A stretch of DNA of 64,000 bases from Mobula hypostoma (taxonomy: Eukaryota): NCBI RefSeq assembly GCF_963921235.1, contig NC_086097.1, positions 90,274,001-90,338,000 on the forward strand. The letters are read 5' to 3'. Each line of letters begins with the position of its first letter. Within the stretch, counting starts at the first letter, position 1. The notes beneath the pieces were generated by a model, which saw only the letters and a program-made list of their open reading frames with translations, did no database searches and was not told the DNA's origin. Below are positions 1-11,918 of the stretch, in pieces. The position numbers were made by a program, and so were the translations under genes.

Positions 1-1059
1 ACAGTAATTAATGAGAAAATTTGAGATGAAAAAAAATCCCTTGGTGGAAACTTTAAAATTTTGACACCCGTGAATTTTATTGAATGTCCGCATGCTTGCG
101 ATTATTAGGTACTTTTATTTCTTTGGTTCTTGTTTTAAGGTAATTTTATTCAGAGTTAATTTTGAGTTAACCGTCCCTTAATTTTCTCTCTTCTTTGCTC
201 ATGTTGACAGTGTGTTTGGCTTGGATGCCACTGAGTGCCACCAATCCTCCTGTCTTTTAATGGATATCAGTTCTAACCAGAGTGTGGGGAAAAAAACATT
301 GGTCTGTTTAATTCTCGCCAAATTTTACTCCTTTCATGAATCATTTCAACATTCATAGCAGGACTAACACTTCTTGCCAAAGGTGTTGCCACTATAATTT
401 TTATTTGTAGGATATAAATATCACTAGCATGGCCAGTGTTTATTGACCATCCTCGTTAGCCTATTTTGCACTAGATGGTATTATTAAACGGTGAATTCCA
501 GGCTTTTGATCTGGCAGTGGTGGTGAACTGCAATATATTCTGAGAGCAGGATGATTATGACTTGAGGGAACTGCATATGGTGGTGTTATCATGTGCCTGA
601 AGTCCTTTACTGGGTAGTGCAAGTAAGTTTGAAAGGTGCTGTTAGAGTTCCCTCGGTAAGTAACTGCAGTGCATTTTAACAATGGTACACATTGTAACTG
701 CAGTATACAGATGGTGGAGGAGGTGAAAGTTCATGATGAATGAGGGGTAATAAAGAAGGCTGTTTTGCCTGAAGGGTGTTGAGCTCTGAGTGTGGGAGTA
801 ATACAAATTGAAGGATCCATAATTAGTCCTTTGAAGATAACTGGAGGGATTGTGATCATTGTAAAACGTGGCATCTTCACAGCCAAGAATTGAGTATAAA
901 ATGAGAATTGTATCCAGACTGCTTCACTGCAATACACTCAAGTATCATAAGAACCACTGCCTTAGCTATTTGAATTACTAGTCCATTATATTTATCATGA
1001 ATGACCCTTTGTTCAAAATTGATTTCCCACTTTTTGTAACCAGAATTGATCTCTTTCAG

Positions 1060-1256
1060 GTTGACTATTGTACTGATCCATTAGAAGTCTTTGACTTCTT
1101 GAAGAGCAAAGGAATCGGTGTATCACATGCTGCTCTTTACATTGCCTGGGCTGAACGATATGAGCTTCTGGGGAATAATAAAAAGGCAGAGGCCATCTTG
1201 CAAGAAGGGATTTGGCTCAAGGCTGAACCTCTTGAAAAACTGCAACACTATCACAG
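1060..1256 (+). CDS. BUB1B: BUB1B exon (~exon 5), TPR domain C-terminal part
   Basis: tttcag|GTT...CACAG|gtaact; 197 nt; VDYCTDPLEVFDFLKSKGIGVSHAALYIAWAERYE...AEPLEKLQHYHR matches the Mad3/Bub1 TPR. Confidence 0.95.
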
Positions 1257-2024
1257 GTAACTGCTTGTATATCTCGGATCTGAACTTCCAATTTTTATTT
1301 TCACTCGTGGGCACTTTTTCAGTTTTAGGGCAAAAAACAGTTGTTTAATTATTTAAACCAGTCAAATCCACTTTCAGTCTAATACAGCTAAATCAAAATA
1401 ACAAAGTTCATTGCTTCTGTCCTGAAATCTTCATTACTAAAATGCTATCAAAAAATAAAAACTTAGATTAAATTGTAGTTGTCCACATTGATTCAAACAG
1501 CCTTTACTGCTAAATTGTGGGGTCATTTTAATGAGTTTGCACACACTGTTTGTTCCCAGTCGGGGAGAGCATAAATAGTTGTAGGAATAGGCCATTTAAC
1601 CCGTATGCCCGGTTTGCTGCACAGTAAGGTTTTAAAAATAATTTTCAGGGCATCCTTGTCAGGGACCTCCTAAAAGTCGTAAGTGCAGCCATTCACTGAT
1701 TCATCTTCATCTATACTAATAGTTTTTCCTTGAGGAAAACAGGTTTATCAATATTCTTGCCCTGTGATAAATCAATGTTTATTCTAATTTCTTGCAAGTG
1801 CATAATTAATAGATTTCAGTTCTTTTTTCATTACTGCCTGACTAGCTTTTCAATTGTTTCATTTGTTTTTTCCTTCCTTAAAAGCAGAAGGTATAAAATC
1901 TAACCCTAATCTGTGGAAGTTCCCTGTTCCATTTCCAGATGGATTTCTCTGTCTGGTTTGTAAAGGCAGATATAAAATTTTAATTTTTCTGCCATTTCTT
2001 TATTTCTCTTCTGTTTTTCTGAAG

Positions 2025-2197
2025 ATACTTTCAATCACGAGTATTTAAGCAAGTTGTTGCCTCTATAAATGAAGGAACTAATGAGGAATTGGTTCCTGAG
2101 CCAATTCAACCACAAAGGGCCACTCTTGGAGATCTTAAACTCAGCGGGCGGAAGAAGGCCTTGGCGCCAATCAACAGGATTGGAGGTTCTGTGAAAC
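2025..2197 (+). CDS. BUB1B: BUB1B exon (~6), D-box 1
   Basis: Phase 2 to 1; YFQSRVFKQ...QRATLGDLK...APINRIGGSVK; donor gtaagt. Confidence 0.93.
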
Positions 2198-2540
2198 GTA
2201 AGTTTGTTTTCTGCTGCGTAAAACTTTGCTATGTTTTTCTTAACAACAATTCTATACCCCCGCTCTGCATAAATATTCTGTCACCTGGCATATTTTAGTG
2301 TTGGTCTTCTGGAGACTGACATCTTGTCTAAGTGTGGTGACCTGATGTGGTTACAGTACTCCAGCTGAGGCTAAAACACTGGTTGCTTAAAATTTTACGT
2401 CTAACCTGTTGCTGTATAATTTTTTTTTGCTGCACTAAGGATAGTAATTCAAATATAGCAAAAGTGAGTTGATGAGGGATATTCTGTTGGTGTAGAACTT
2501 GGTTTGCAGTTGTGTATATATTAAGTTGTTTACTTTCTAG

Positions 2541-2734
2541 CACAAAGCCAGGGACTTGGACAGCATGTAGTTTCCACTCAAGAGCAGCAGAGCACTTTTA
2601 CTGTGTTCAATGAAAATCAGTTGTGTAACCAGCCTACAGACCAACTGAGGTTAGCAGAGAGACAATGGTCCACCCTTCCTTCAACTTCTGCTAAGGAGAA
2701 TGAAATCAAGCCAGGACGCTGGAATACTGCACGG
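2541..2734 (+). CDS. BUB1B: BUB1B exon (~7), ABBA1 (FTVFNE) and KEN2 box
   Basis: ttctag acceptor; ...STFTVFNENQ...SAKENEIKPGRWNTAR; KEN at 2693-2701; donor after 2734 or 2743. Confidence 0.92.
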
Positions 2735-3304
2735 GTACGTACTGTAAGTGAGTATGTAATGAAGTGAGTGAGGATGTGATTGTATAGGGTTTTTGAAACT
2801 GGGAATGATATCAATCGCCTCTTGTCTCACCATTGGCATCTTTGCCAAAGACTGAATTGAAGCTGTGTGTTTGTCAGTACAGAGTTGGTTTAGCTCTTCA
2901 CTTTTCTATTGGTGGGATGTTAAGCTAGACTGTCGCTTGCACGAAACACTGAACACAAGTGCCACTTTCCTATTCAATCAAATATTATGTTTTTACATCA
3001 ACAATGCTGAATGAGAATGCCCAGAAGTTTGCTTGTGATTGCTGTTACTCCTCCAAACCCTTAAACTAATTAAGTTTCCAGTTATGGAATCTTAATTAGT
3101 TGTAAATAAATTACTGTGTGTAGAATGTGCTTCAGTTCTGAACTGGTTTATTATGGTCATAATGAATATTTCAAAATGTATATAAATGATTTGTATTATT
3201 CATTCTTGCCAGTCTGTTGTAGGCTTAAATAGTGGAAAAATCAACCAATGTAATTTTCATGTCAGCTATGTGGTATGAATGTCCAAAGTGAATGAGTCAT
3301 TCAT

Positions 3305-3810
3305 GTCCAGTTCTGGTCACCTCACTACAGGAAGGATGTGGAAGCATTGGAAAGGGTACAGAGGAGATATACCAGGATATTGCCTGGTTTAGAGAGTATG
3401 CATTATGATCAGAGATTAAGGGAGCTAGGGCTTTACTCTTTGGAGAGAAGGAGGATGAGAGGAGACATGATAGAGGTGTACAAGATAATAAGAGGAATAG
3501 ATAGAGTGGATAGCCAGCGCCTCTTCCCCAGGGCACCACTGCTCAATACAAGAGGATATGGCTTTAAGGTAAGGGGTGGGAAGTTCAAGGGGGATATTAG
3601 AGGAAGGTTTTCTACTCAGTGGTTGGTGTGTGGAATGCACTGCCTGAGTCAGTGGTGGAGGCAGATACACTAGTGAAATTTAAGAGACTACTAGACAGGT
3701 ATATGGAGGAATTTAAGGTGGGGGTTTATATGGGAGGCAGGGTTTGAGGGTCGGCACAACATTGTGGGCCGAAGGGCCTGTACTGTGCTGTACTATTCTA
3801 TGTTCTATGT
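3305..3810 (+). mobile_element. CR1 LINE 3' fragment
   Basis: ALERVQRRYTRILPGL...RGDMIEVYK; (ttctatg)-type tail. Confidence 0.9.
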
Positions 3811-3859
3811 ATTAAAAATGGCAAAATCAAAACTAGATAAAGTTCAGCCAAACCTGCCC

Positions 3860-3955
3860 ATAGGAAGCTACCAACGCGATGAAAGAAGCCGTGAACACCA
3901 CCAGAGATGGTGGACCTTCATTGCTGCCCTAAACACCAGCAGCATAATGGGTGAA
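3860..3955 (+). mobile_element. RTE-like LINE 3' remnant
   Basis: QRWWTFIAALN resembles the RTE C-terminal end. Confidence 0.4.
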
Positions 3956-4159
3956 AGAGAAGAGAGAAACCTGCCTGTCTTTCCTACTGCTAATGAATTT
4001 CTTGTCAGGAAATTGTAGTTGATGGTTAACTTTTTCCAAATCCAGTGAACTTGAGTTTGGATATATTTAGAAGTGTTTAGGCTTTTGGGATAGTTTAATT
4101 GAAATTTTACCATACCACACATCTCCTTGCAAATTGTGTCCTTCACTTTGTTTCAAATA

Positions 4160-4983
4160 TAGGTCCACAATCCCTTATCCGAAATCCATGGGGCCAGTTG
4201 CATTTCAGAATTCAGAATTTTTCAGATTTCAGACCCCCCCCCCACCCCCAATACCAAAAAACATGTATGCTCAAGTCCCTTATTTAACCTGTCTCAGTGC
4301 GGTGGACTTTAGGACCCAGCGGCGCACCAAACCTACACATATCCTCCCGTATACTTTAAATCATCTCTACATTACTTATAATACCTAATACAATGTAAAT
4401 ACTATATAAATTGTTATACTGTATTGCTTAGGGAATAATGACAAGAAATTTTATTTCCAACAAAAAGTTCAATAAAACATAAAAATATACAGCTTCAAAC
4501 AAACCGAATCAAACACACAGTAAGTGACTTATTGAATAAATGTAGAACATCACTGTCACCATAAAACTTCAGTAACTTGTCTTTCTGTTTATTTAAATCA
4601 CATACAGTGGTAGTTCTGACACTATTTTCTTCAGTAAGATGCCGCACAGACACACCACGATCAAGCTTCTGCAATAACACCACTTTCTGCATTGTTGATA
4701 GAGAAGATTCCTTCTCTTTTTCTCATTGTTACCCATAGGGGTATCTGCAGCTCTTTTTGACATTTTCACAGTGAAAATAAACACAAAGTCAACAGAAAAC
4801 ACAAAATATCAGCGAATAGCAAATGCACGTGTAACCAGTACGAGCGCTGAGCCATAACTGACGTCTGGCGGCCTCTGCTAGTGCTGCCACGTCACACCTG
4901 AGTGACGTCAGCTGTTGGCGAAAAAACTTCGATTTTCAGAGCTTTTTGGATTTCAGAATTTAGGGTAAAGGAACGTGCACCTG
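4160..4983 (-). mobile_element. Tigger (pogo-like) deletion derivative, Tigger4/Zombi-like, with MER2-like internal segment
   Basis: TA-flanked imperfect TIRs; frameshifted N-terminal transposase HTH MSKRAADTPMGNNEKKRR / QKVVLLQKLDRGVSVRHLTEE...KQKDKLLKFY. Confidence 0.85.
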
Positions 4984-5304
4984 TACTAGTTTTCCATTTA
5001 AGTGATCAACATTACTTCAAGACCAGAGCTGGTGTCCTTTCTTTATCTATGTCCATCTCAATCATAGTCTTCTTTTATCACATGTTCAGTTTCATTCCCC
5101 TCAAAATTTATGACCAGATTGCAGTATTTAAATTTGCTTTGTAGTTTATCTGTCTTGCAAAATCTTTTTTAAAAAATGTAATTAGTCGGCACTTTTCATG
5201 ATCAAAATCCCAAAATACTTAAAAGCAAGTTATGAATTCTTGAAAATGCCCTGTAATGGAGGAACTGTAATTCAAATTTTTATAGTACAAGCTCCCAGTG
5301 GTCC

Positions 5305-5685
5305 AGCTAGTAGAGCTGCTGCCTCATGGCTCAGTGATAATAGTTCAGTCATTCTATTGTATTTCTTTTTTCCTGTAAATGTCTGCAAGAAAATGAATCT
5401 CAAGGTATTATATGGTAGCATATACTTTGATTAATTTACTTTGACCTTTTGAACTTTAATTTCTAATACTCTTCAGAGGAGTTGCATGTTCCCTCCAACA
5501 ACAGGTTTCATTCCACTTCATGGTGTGCAGGTTGGTTGGGTTAATTGGTCTCTACCAGTGTGACAATGGGTGGTAGAATCTTGGAGTTGACAGGAATATT
5601 GGAGAATAAAATAGGTGCTTGATGATTGGCACAAAGTTGGTAGGCTGAAGGGCTGTTTATTGTGTTGTCTAACTCTATGCCATTG
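5305..5685 (+). mobile_element. Degenerate tRNA-derived SINE interrupted by a LINE 3' tail
   Basis: tRNA-like head remnant, V-SINE-like core, LINE-type tail; boundaries approximate. Confidence 0.5.
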
Positions 5686-6339
5686 CATCATTATGAGCAG
5701 ATTTTGTGGTGTTACTTGACGAACAAGTATTGGCCAGTTGACCACTGATACCTCCTTGGTGTAGTAACGAGTAGACATCAAGGGAGTTGGTTCAATAACA
5801 CAACTGAATGATGACAACTTCAGCAGTAGTGTTTGTGAGAGAGTGTTCTGTTTGCAATATCAGCTTAAGCTTTGTTTCTGTCACAGAAGTAAGAAGTGTG
5901 CTTTATTTTATTCGTCACTATCACTGGTCTTCGAATGAAAAATCTTGAATTAAGATTTTTAATTTATACTTGATATTTAGGATGAGTGGTCGGCGATACC
6001 CTGATAAGGCTTGTTGTTCAGCGTCAAACCTCATTTAGTATTTCCATTTAATGCAGTATCCAGTTTAAGGATATACTGGAAATGTATTGTCCATTGATAA
6101 ATGTTGATAAATCTTGAAGCTGTGTGTGTTGTGTTGTTTCAGTAAGGCGTTAGTATAACCATTCCCTTTTTGGGTGTCTGCATATTTTTGTGCTGACATA
6201 TCACTATACTGACCTCTTTCTTGTGAATTAGTGAGTTATTTACCAATATTACTAGTATTTTTGCTTCTTAAGAAATACTTGTAGTGCATCTAGCAAATTT
6301 TATTCAGCTGATTTTAAAAGCAATTTTTTTTGTTCTTAG

Positions 6340-6446
6340 ATGCCCAGAGGTTTCAAAGTGCAGTCGGTGCCTTTTTCTTCAGTCTCATCAGCCAGCAAAC
6401 CCGACTTTAAGCTTTATGAGGAGGAAACTGCTCATGTGGAAAACGT
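6340..6446 (+). CDS. BUB1B: BUB1B exon (~8), ABBA2 (FKLYEE)
   Basis: ttcttag acceptor; MPRGFKVQ...KPDFKLYEEETAHVEN; phase-2 donor gtatgt (alternative after 6452). Confidence 0.85.
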
Positions 6447-6589
6447 GTATGTGTAAGCTTGTGAATGTTGTTTTAAGATTGTTTAAATATGAAGAAAATG
6501 ACTACCGATCACCCAGGTTTGTGCTGAATTTGAAACCAAAAGTTCACTGATAGCTGAAGTTGAGTATAGTTTAGCAGATAGACAAGATT

Positions 6590-7480
6590 GTAAATACTGA
6601 AAATCTGAAATGACTAAATGCTGAATATATTCCACCTGATTGAGTACTGGTGGAGAATAAACAGCCAGTGAATCTTCTCTCTTCCCCCGCCCCTGACTTT
6701 CTGCACGGATCGCTCCCACTGTGATTCCCTTGTCTATCCATCCCTTCCCACTAATCTCCCTCCCTCCAGGCATTTATCACTGCAAGTGGTACCTCCATTC
6801 AGAGCCCCAAACAATCCTTTCAGGTCAGGCAACACTTCACCTGTGTATCTGCTAGGGTTGTCTAATGTGTTCGGTGCTCCCGATGCAGCCTCCTCTTCTT
6901 TGAGCACCTCCGCACCAACTTCCACAAGGGGGTATTTCCAGTTTCCAAACATTTTAATTTTGATTCCTGTTCCGACACTTTGATCCATGGCCTCCTCTTG
7001 TGTAAGGTGAGGCCACCCTCTGGGTGGAGGAGCAACACCTTGTTTTCTGTCGTGGCAGCCTCCAACCTGATGGCATGAATATCAATATCTGCTTCTGGTG
7101 AACAAATCCGCCCCCCCCCCTCTATTCCCCATTCCAAGCTTTTACTGTTTTGCACCTACCTATTACTTAGCCCTGGGTCCCATCCTCCTTCCCTTTCTCC
7201 TATAATCCACTCCTCTTCTATCGGATTCTTTCTTCTTCAGTCCCTGACCTTTCCTACCCACCTGGCTTCACCTATCACCTTCCAGCTAACTTCTTTCCCT
7301 TCCACCCCCACCTTTTTATTCTGGCATCTTCTCCCTTCTCCCTTCCTTCTCAGTCCTGAAGGGGGCTCTCGGCCCAAAACATCAGCTGTTTACTCTTTTC
7401 CATAGATGTTGCTTGACTTGCTGAGAGTTCCTCCAGCATTTTGTATATGTTGCTTTGGAATTCCAGCATCTCTTGTTTAT
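6590..7480 (+). mobile_element. Penelope-like element 3' fragment (GIY-YIG remnant + terminal repeat)
   Basis: Decayed IQxPKQSFQVRQHFTC...CxRCxLL GIY-YIG region; degenerate hammerhead-like motif at ~7351-7388. Confidence 0.75.
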
Positions 7481-7776
7481 ACTTTTCACGGTGTCGATTC
7501 AGTACTGCATGAATAGTAAATGTCTTTTAACTTCAGAAGTCTTTTGTACTAGTTATTTATTGTCCTGTACTGTTCTACTGCTGCAAGACAACAAAATCCA
7601 CATGTGTCAGTGATAATAAATCTAATTCTGATTGAAAAGAGAATTTGTAAACAAAGCAATGTGCTTTTCTGGTTTCTGGAGTTTGTAAAATTGCTGCTCC
7701 CCAGGGAAAGCTATTTTAAGATGCATTATATTTCTGAGTCAAAGTGCAAATATCCCTAAATTTCCATGTGTTGCAG

Positions 7777-8000
7777 AACTCCTCGTAAGATTGAGCCGTT
7801 GTTCACTCCAGTGCTGAGTGCCCGGAAACCCAGCAAAGAAACAAATCCATTGGCCAGAGTGCAGTTACAAAACTGCAAAGAAGAAGAAACGGTGGTATCC
7901 ATGTATTCAAAAGACCGAGTCTATGCAGGACTGCGTGAGTTCTCTTTTGAAGAACTTCGAGCAGAGGAATTCAAAGCAAAATATAAAGCAATTTGTAAAG
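7777..8000 (+). CDS. BUB1B: BUB1B exon (~9), GLEBS/Bub3-binding motif
   Basis: TPRKIEP...MYSKDRVYAGLREFSFEELRAE; ttgcag / gtattg; phase 2 to 1. Confidence 0.95.
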
Positions 8001-8174
8001 GTATTGTTTATTGCTCCTAATTGTAAACTTTCTATATAATTATCAGGACTCAAGTTAATATAAAGTTTCTATAGCTATTTTTAACCATTTCTTTTAGAAA
8101 TAAAGGTAGGAGAGTATAGTAGCTGTTAGTGAATCAGTAATCCAATTGCCTCGTCTAATGATCTAGGGAAGAGT

Positions 8175-8612
8175 TTATTTTATTTATTGAGATACAGCGC
8201 AGAATAGACCCTTTGGCCCTTCGAGGCGTGCTGCCCAGCAATCTCCCGATTAAAATCCTAGCCTAATCACAGGACAATTTACAATGACCAATTAACATAG
8301 AAACTGATACATTTTTGGACTGTGCTAGGAGACCAGAGCACCTGGAGGAAGCCTACGCAGTCATGTGGAGAGTATAAACTCCTTGCAGGCAGCAATGGAA
8401 ATTGAACCCGGGTTGCTTGTATTGTAAAGCATTAGAGTCGTAAGAAAGTACAGCACAGAAACAGGACCTTTGGCCCATCTAGTCCCTGCTGAACCACTTG
8501 AACTGCTGACTCCTATCAACTTGCGCTAGGACCATAGCCCTCCATATCTCTACTATCCATGTACCTATCCACACTCTCACCACACGAGTTGTGTTAACCA
8601 CTATGTTGCTGT
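8175..8612 (-). mobile_element. SINE with nested CR1-type 3' tail
   Basis: Reverse-complement SINE core (ggactgtg...accagagcacctggagga) and B-box remnant attgaaccc. Confidence 0.6.
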
Positions 8613-10989
8613 ACCAAAGTTAAAATCCCACCAGGGTCACTGGGGAAGATAGATGGATACATTCAGTTAATTAAAACTGAAATAAGATGGCTAGTCTTAG
8701 AGCTCTTTAAACACTACCTGTTCCTTCCTACTGAGTTAACAGAGTTGTTAATCCATAACACCTGTGAATTTGGACATTATTTTCTTGGAGATGCTGATTT
8801 TGCAGTTGGGTAAAATCATTTAATTGGACTAGATTGTATATGAGCAGTGTGCTGTGTTTTCAGTAGCTATTGAATGCACTGTGTTTTCCATGTGGCCTAT
8901 TTCCTGATGCCTGATGCTTGTCTCATGTTGTTAGTTTTGTGGACCCAGAGCAAATGCTATAATGTATTCTTGATCATGCATTTATCGAATAGAAATTTGG
9001 CCATTCTTGTTTGTGCTTTACTGTGTTCATACTCTACAAAACCTAATATTGGTTTGTTCACTTGAGAAATTCAACTTTAGTCACTAGTATTCCCCAGATT
9101 TTCCATTTCGACTTTCCTTCTCTGACAAGAATTCTTTTTTTTATAAGGTCATTTCCCTTCTTGCTACTTTAGAGTTGCATCCAGACTTAAAACATTATAG
9201 CAAACCTTACGTGAACATTGTATTATAGTAAGATTATACTAAGCTTTGAGTGAAGAAGCTGTTATTTGACCAAGGCAATAACTGACATACTTGTTTTGTG
9301 GTTTGCTGAGGGAATGAAAATTTACCAACTACTGGTCATCCAGTGGCATTTTGAGAATTTTGATGTATTGAAAGCTCTGCAATACTGTTGTTCTTAATGC
9401 TTCAAATATGTTGCAGAAGGAATCTTTAATAGGTTGGACTGGCATTCAATCTTCACCAACTGTCCCTCTGCACACATCCTCTCCCTCCCCTGGCCTGCTG
9501 ATAAATGACCATCATCAGTACCTTTTTGCCTACAGTGCTATCCTGCTTTAAGTATATTACAATAGAGAATGAGTATGAAGCAATGTTATATAAATTAACT
9601 GAAAAGACCATCTCATGTCCACTTTAGATTTTATTTTCTTTCCCAACATGCTACTCAAACCAAGGCAAATCTACAGTCTATCCTGTTGGCAGAAAACTTA
9701 CTGTGGTGTCACACCTCTGCCTCCACTTAATGAGTTATCAACAAGACTACTGATTTGTCCCATAACCTTTTAATAATGTGGAGATTAGCTTGTACAACAT
9801 AAGCAATTGAGTCAATACTGTCTGGCTTTGTTTCTTACTTTGAATTTACTGATGCCTTATCCCTGTAGAATGTGCTGGATTTGCAAGAGTCAACAGAGGA
9901 ACCTTGCACTTCGGGCTGTGAATTGCCTTGCAGTTGTGTTATTCAGCTGAATTGCTGGGCATTTAAAATAGCAGTCTATCAATTGCTGTGGGTGCAAAGG
10001 CAAAAATCTTTCTGATGATCTGTACTTGTGACCTACAAAACTAGAGTTCTAGATGAGCCCTGAACCCCATTGTGCTCTGGTTTGTTTTGTCCGTGAACGG
10101 GTTCATTTCCAAAATGATGCATGCCTCCTTCATTTCTGTGTAAATTGTTTCCTGCCACATTTCCACATTCTGCAGAGGACTGACAGTTGGAGAATAAAAC
10201 CTATTGACTCTTGAGGCTTGTTGTATAGTGCAGCAAGAGTGCTTCTGGAGTCAGAGTTGTAGAGAGTATCTGTGGAGTCCTACCTGTAATTCCACTGATA
10301 AGACTATTTTAGTTCCATTCTCCAGCACCTCCAAAAAGATAATTTTCCTCTGTGCTTCACAGTTTGGCTACTGAGGGCTTGGCTCTTGAAGCCTTCCATG
10401 TGGTGAAGTGAACAAAAGAGCAGCATTTCAGAAAATAGTAGCAAGGCTAAACCATTTCTGGGTATGCTGTCACCTCTCCATTGTTTTCAAACCCATTCAG
10501 GGAGACATTTGGCTCAGGGGCATCTTACCTTGATTCTGGCAGCAGTCCAGAGTTTTAACTCAGACCAGCCACATGTGCTGCAGACTTCATCTGCTATTGC
10601 ATGTTTACGATAGCATTCCAAGTTTGTCTGTTGGAGCCGTTATTATGTTGCAGAGCTGAACACTAGTGTAACATCCTTTTGCAGTGGAGAAGATCACAGA
10701 TTAAAGGTGGCTTATTTGCTCTGATTTGGAAGTCTCAGCATAAGGAGTAACAGTTTTTGGGCAAATGAGAAAGCACTGGATGCAAATGTCAAATCAGCAC
10801 AACTGATTCTTGCTTCTGAACTACCAACACTCTTGGCTTCCTTGTGCCTTTTGGTGTTCAGATCGTCAAGGTGTTAAAGCCTAATGTGGCTCTCTTCATG
10901 TGCTAAATAGTATTTGTGTAATGAGGGCTTAAGGTGTTGTAAATGCATCTTATTATTTCTTGTTATTTGTGGTAATATTACTTTGTGTG

Positions 10990-11444
10990 CACTTGTCTGA
11001 ATGCTACTGGTACCATGTAACCCAGTACCACCTGTGGCATGGTCGGGTGGTCGGCGACTAAATCGGCTCCTCCACCAGGCTTGCCTGGTGAGGGGGGTGG
11101 CTAGACACCCTGCAGGACAAAAAACAAGACCTGTCAAAGGGCGGACGAACCCTCTCGTAGGGTCAATGGCCATTTAGCAAACACGTGCCGTGAAGCACGG
11201 AAAGGGCATCCCTTGCATCGAAGCTTAGTCTGGCCACTCACTGCAACAGAACTTCCCCCAGCCGTCTTGGACCCCACCATGCCACTGGCTCCAGTAGGGG
11301 AAGTTGAGAGGGTGGGTCTGGACCTATACAACCCTACTCATCTAAAATCTATTCACGCACACGCTGATCCTTTCTGAGAAGTGGGGTATCCCCACTAACT
11401 GACTGAAAGGATCCATCATCATCCTATGGGATAGATAGCCAGAG
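10990..11444 (+). mobile_element. 455-bp non-coding retro-insertion with 10-bp TSD
   Basis: actttgtgtg at 10980-10989 and 11445-11454; GC-rich, several hairpins; interrupts an older LINE tail. Confidence 0.75.
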
Positions 11445-11811
11445 ACTTTGTGTGTGAGTTTTATATACTGTGTTTTACGCCTTGGTCTGGAGAAACATTG
11501 TTTCATTGGCAGTATATATTTATATGTGGAATGACAATAGTCTTGAACTTGAACTTCACCTGCAGAAAATGATCAATCTGTCCAATCCATATCAGATCCA
11601 CCAGTGCTATTACACGAGCTGTGTTATTTTAAAAAAAATCATGTTATAGCTCTAGCTGGAAAAATTGGAGGTCCTGCACAGCACTATTTTAGTACTTATG
11701 CATAGTGAAAGGATTGCTAACTGTCTGTTTGGTGGCAAATGGCATAGTAATTAATGAAACCCAATAGCTTCAACTGTCCTTTTGCCAACTCTACCTTGTA
11801 TTTGTTTCCAG

Positions 11812-11918
11812 AACAGGAGCAAAAGTTGTTGAAGTTAAAAAAGGAAAAGGAGGAGATGGAGCATTTAATCCACATGACAGAAATGAGAATGAAAGAACAG
11901 CAAGAGCGTCTCCAACAG
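11812..11918 (+). CDS. BUB1B: BUB1B exon (~10), helical extension after GLEBS
   Basis: tttccag acceptor; EQEQKLLKLKKEKEEMEHLIHMTEMRMKEQQERLQQ; phase 1 to 0. Confidence 0.88.

Noticed and set aside
400..760. Short ORFs before the first exon
   Set aside because: Likely an ancient LINE remnant (similar text near 40440-40630); no splice or homology support.
7351..7388. Additional hammerhead ribozymes here and at ~34870-34900
   Set aside because: Core nucleotides are mutated (CUGANGA and/or GAAA lost).
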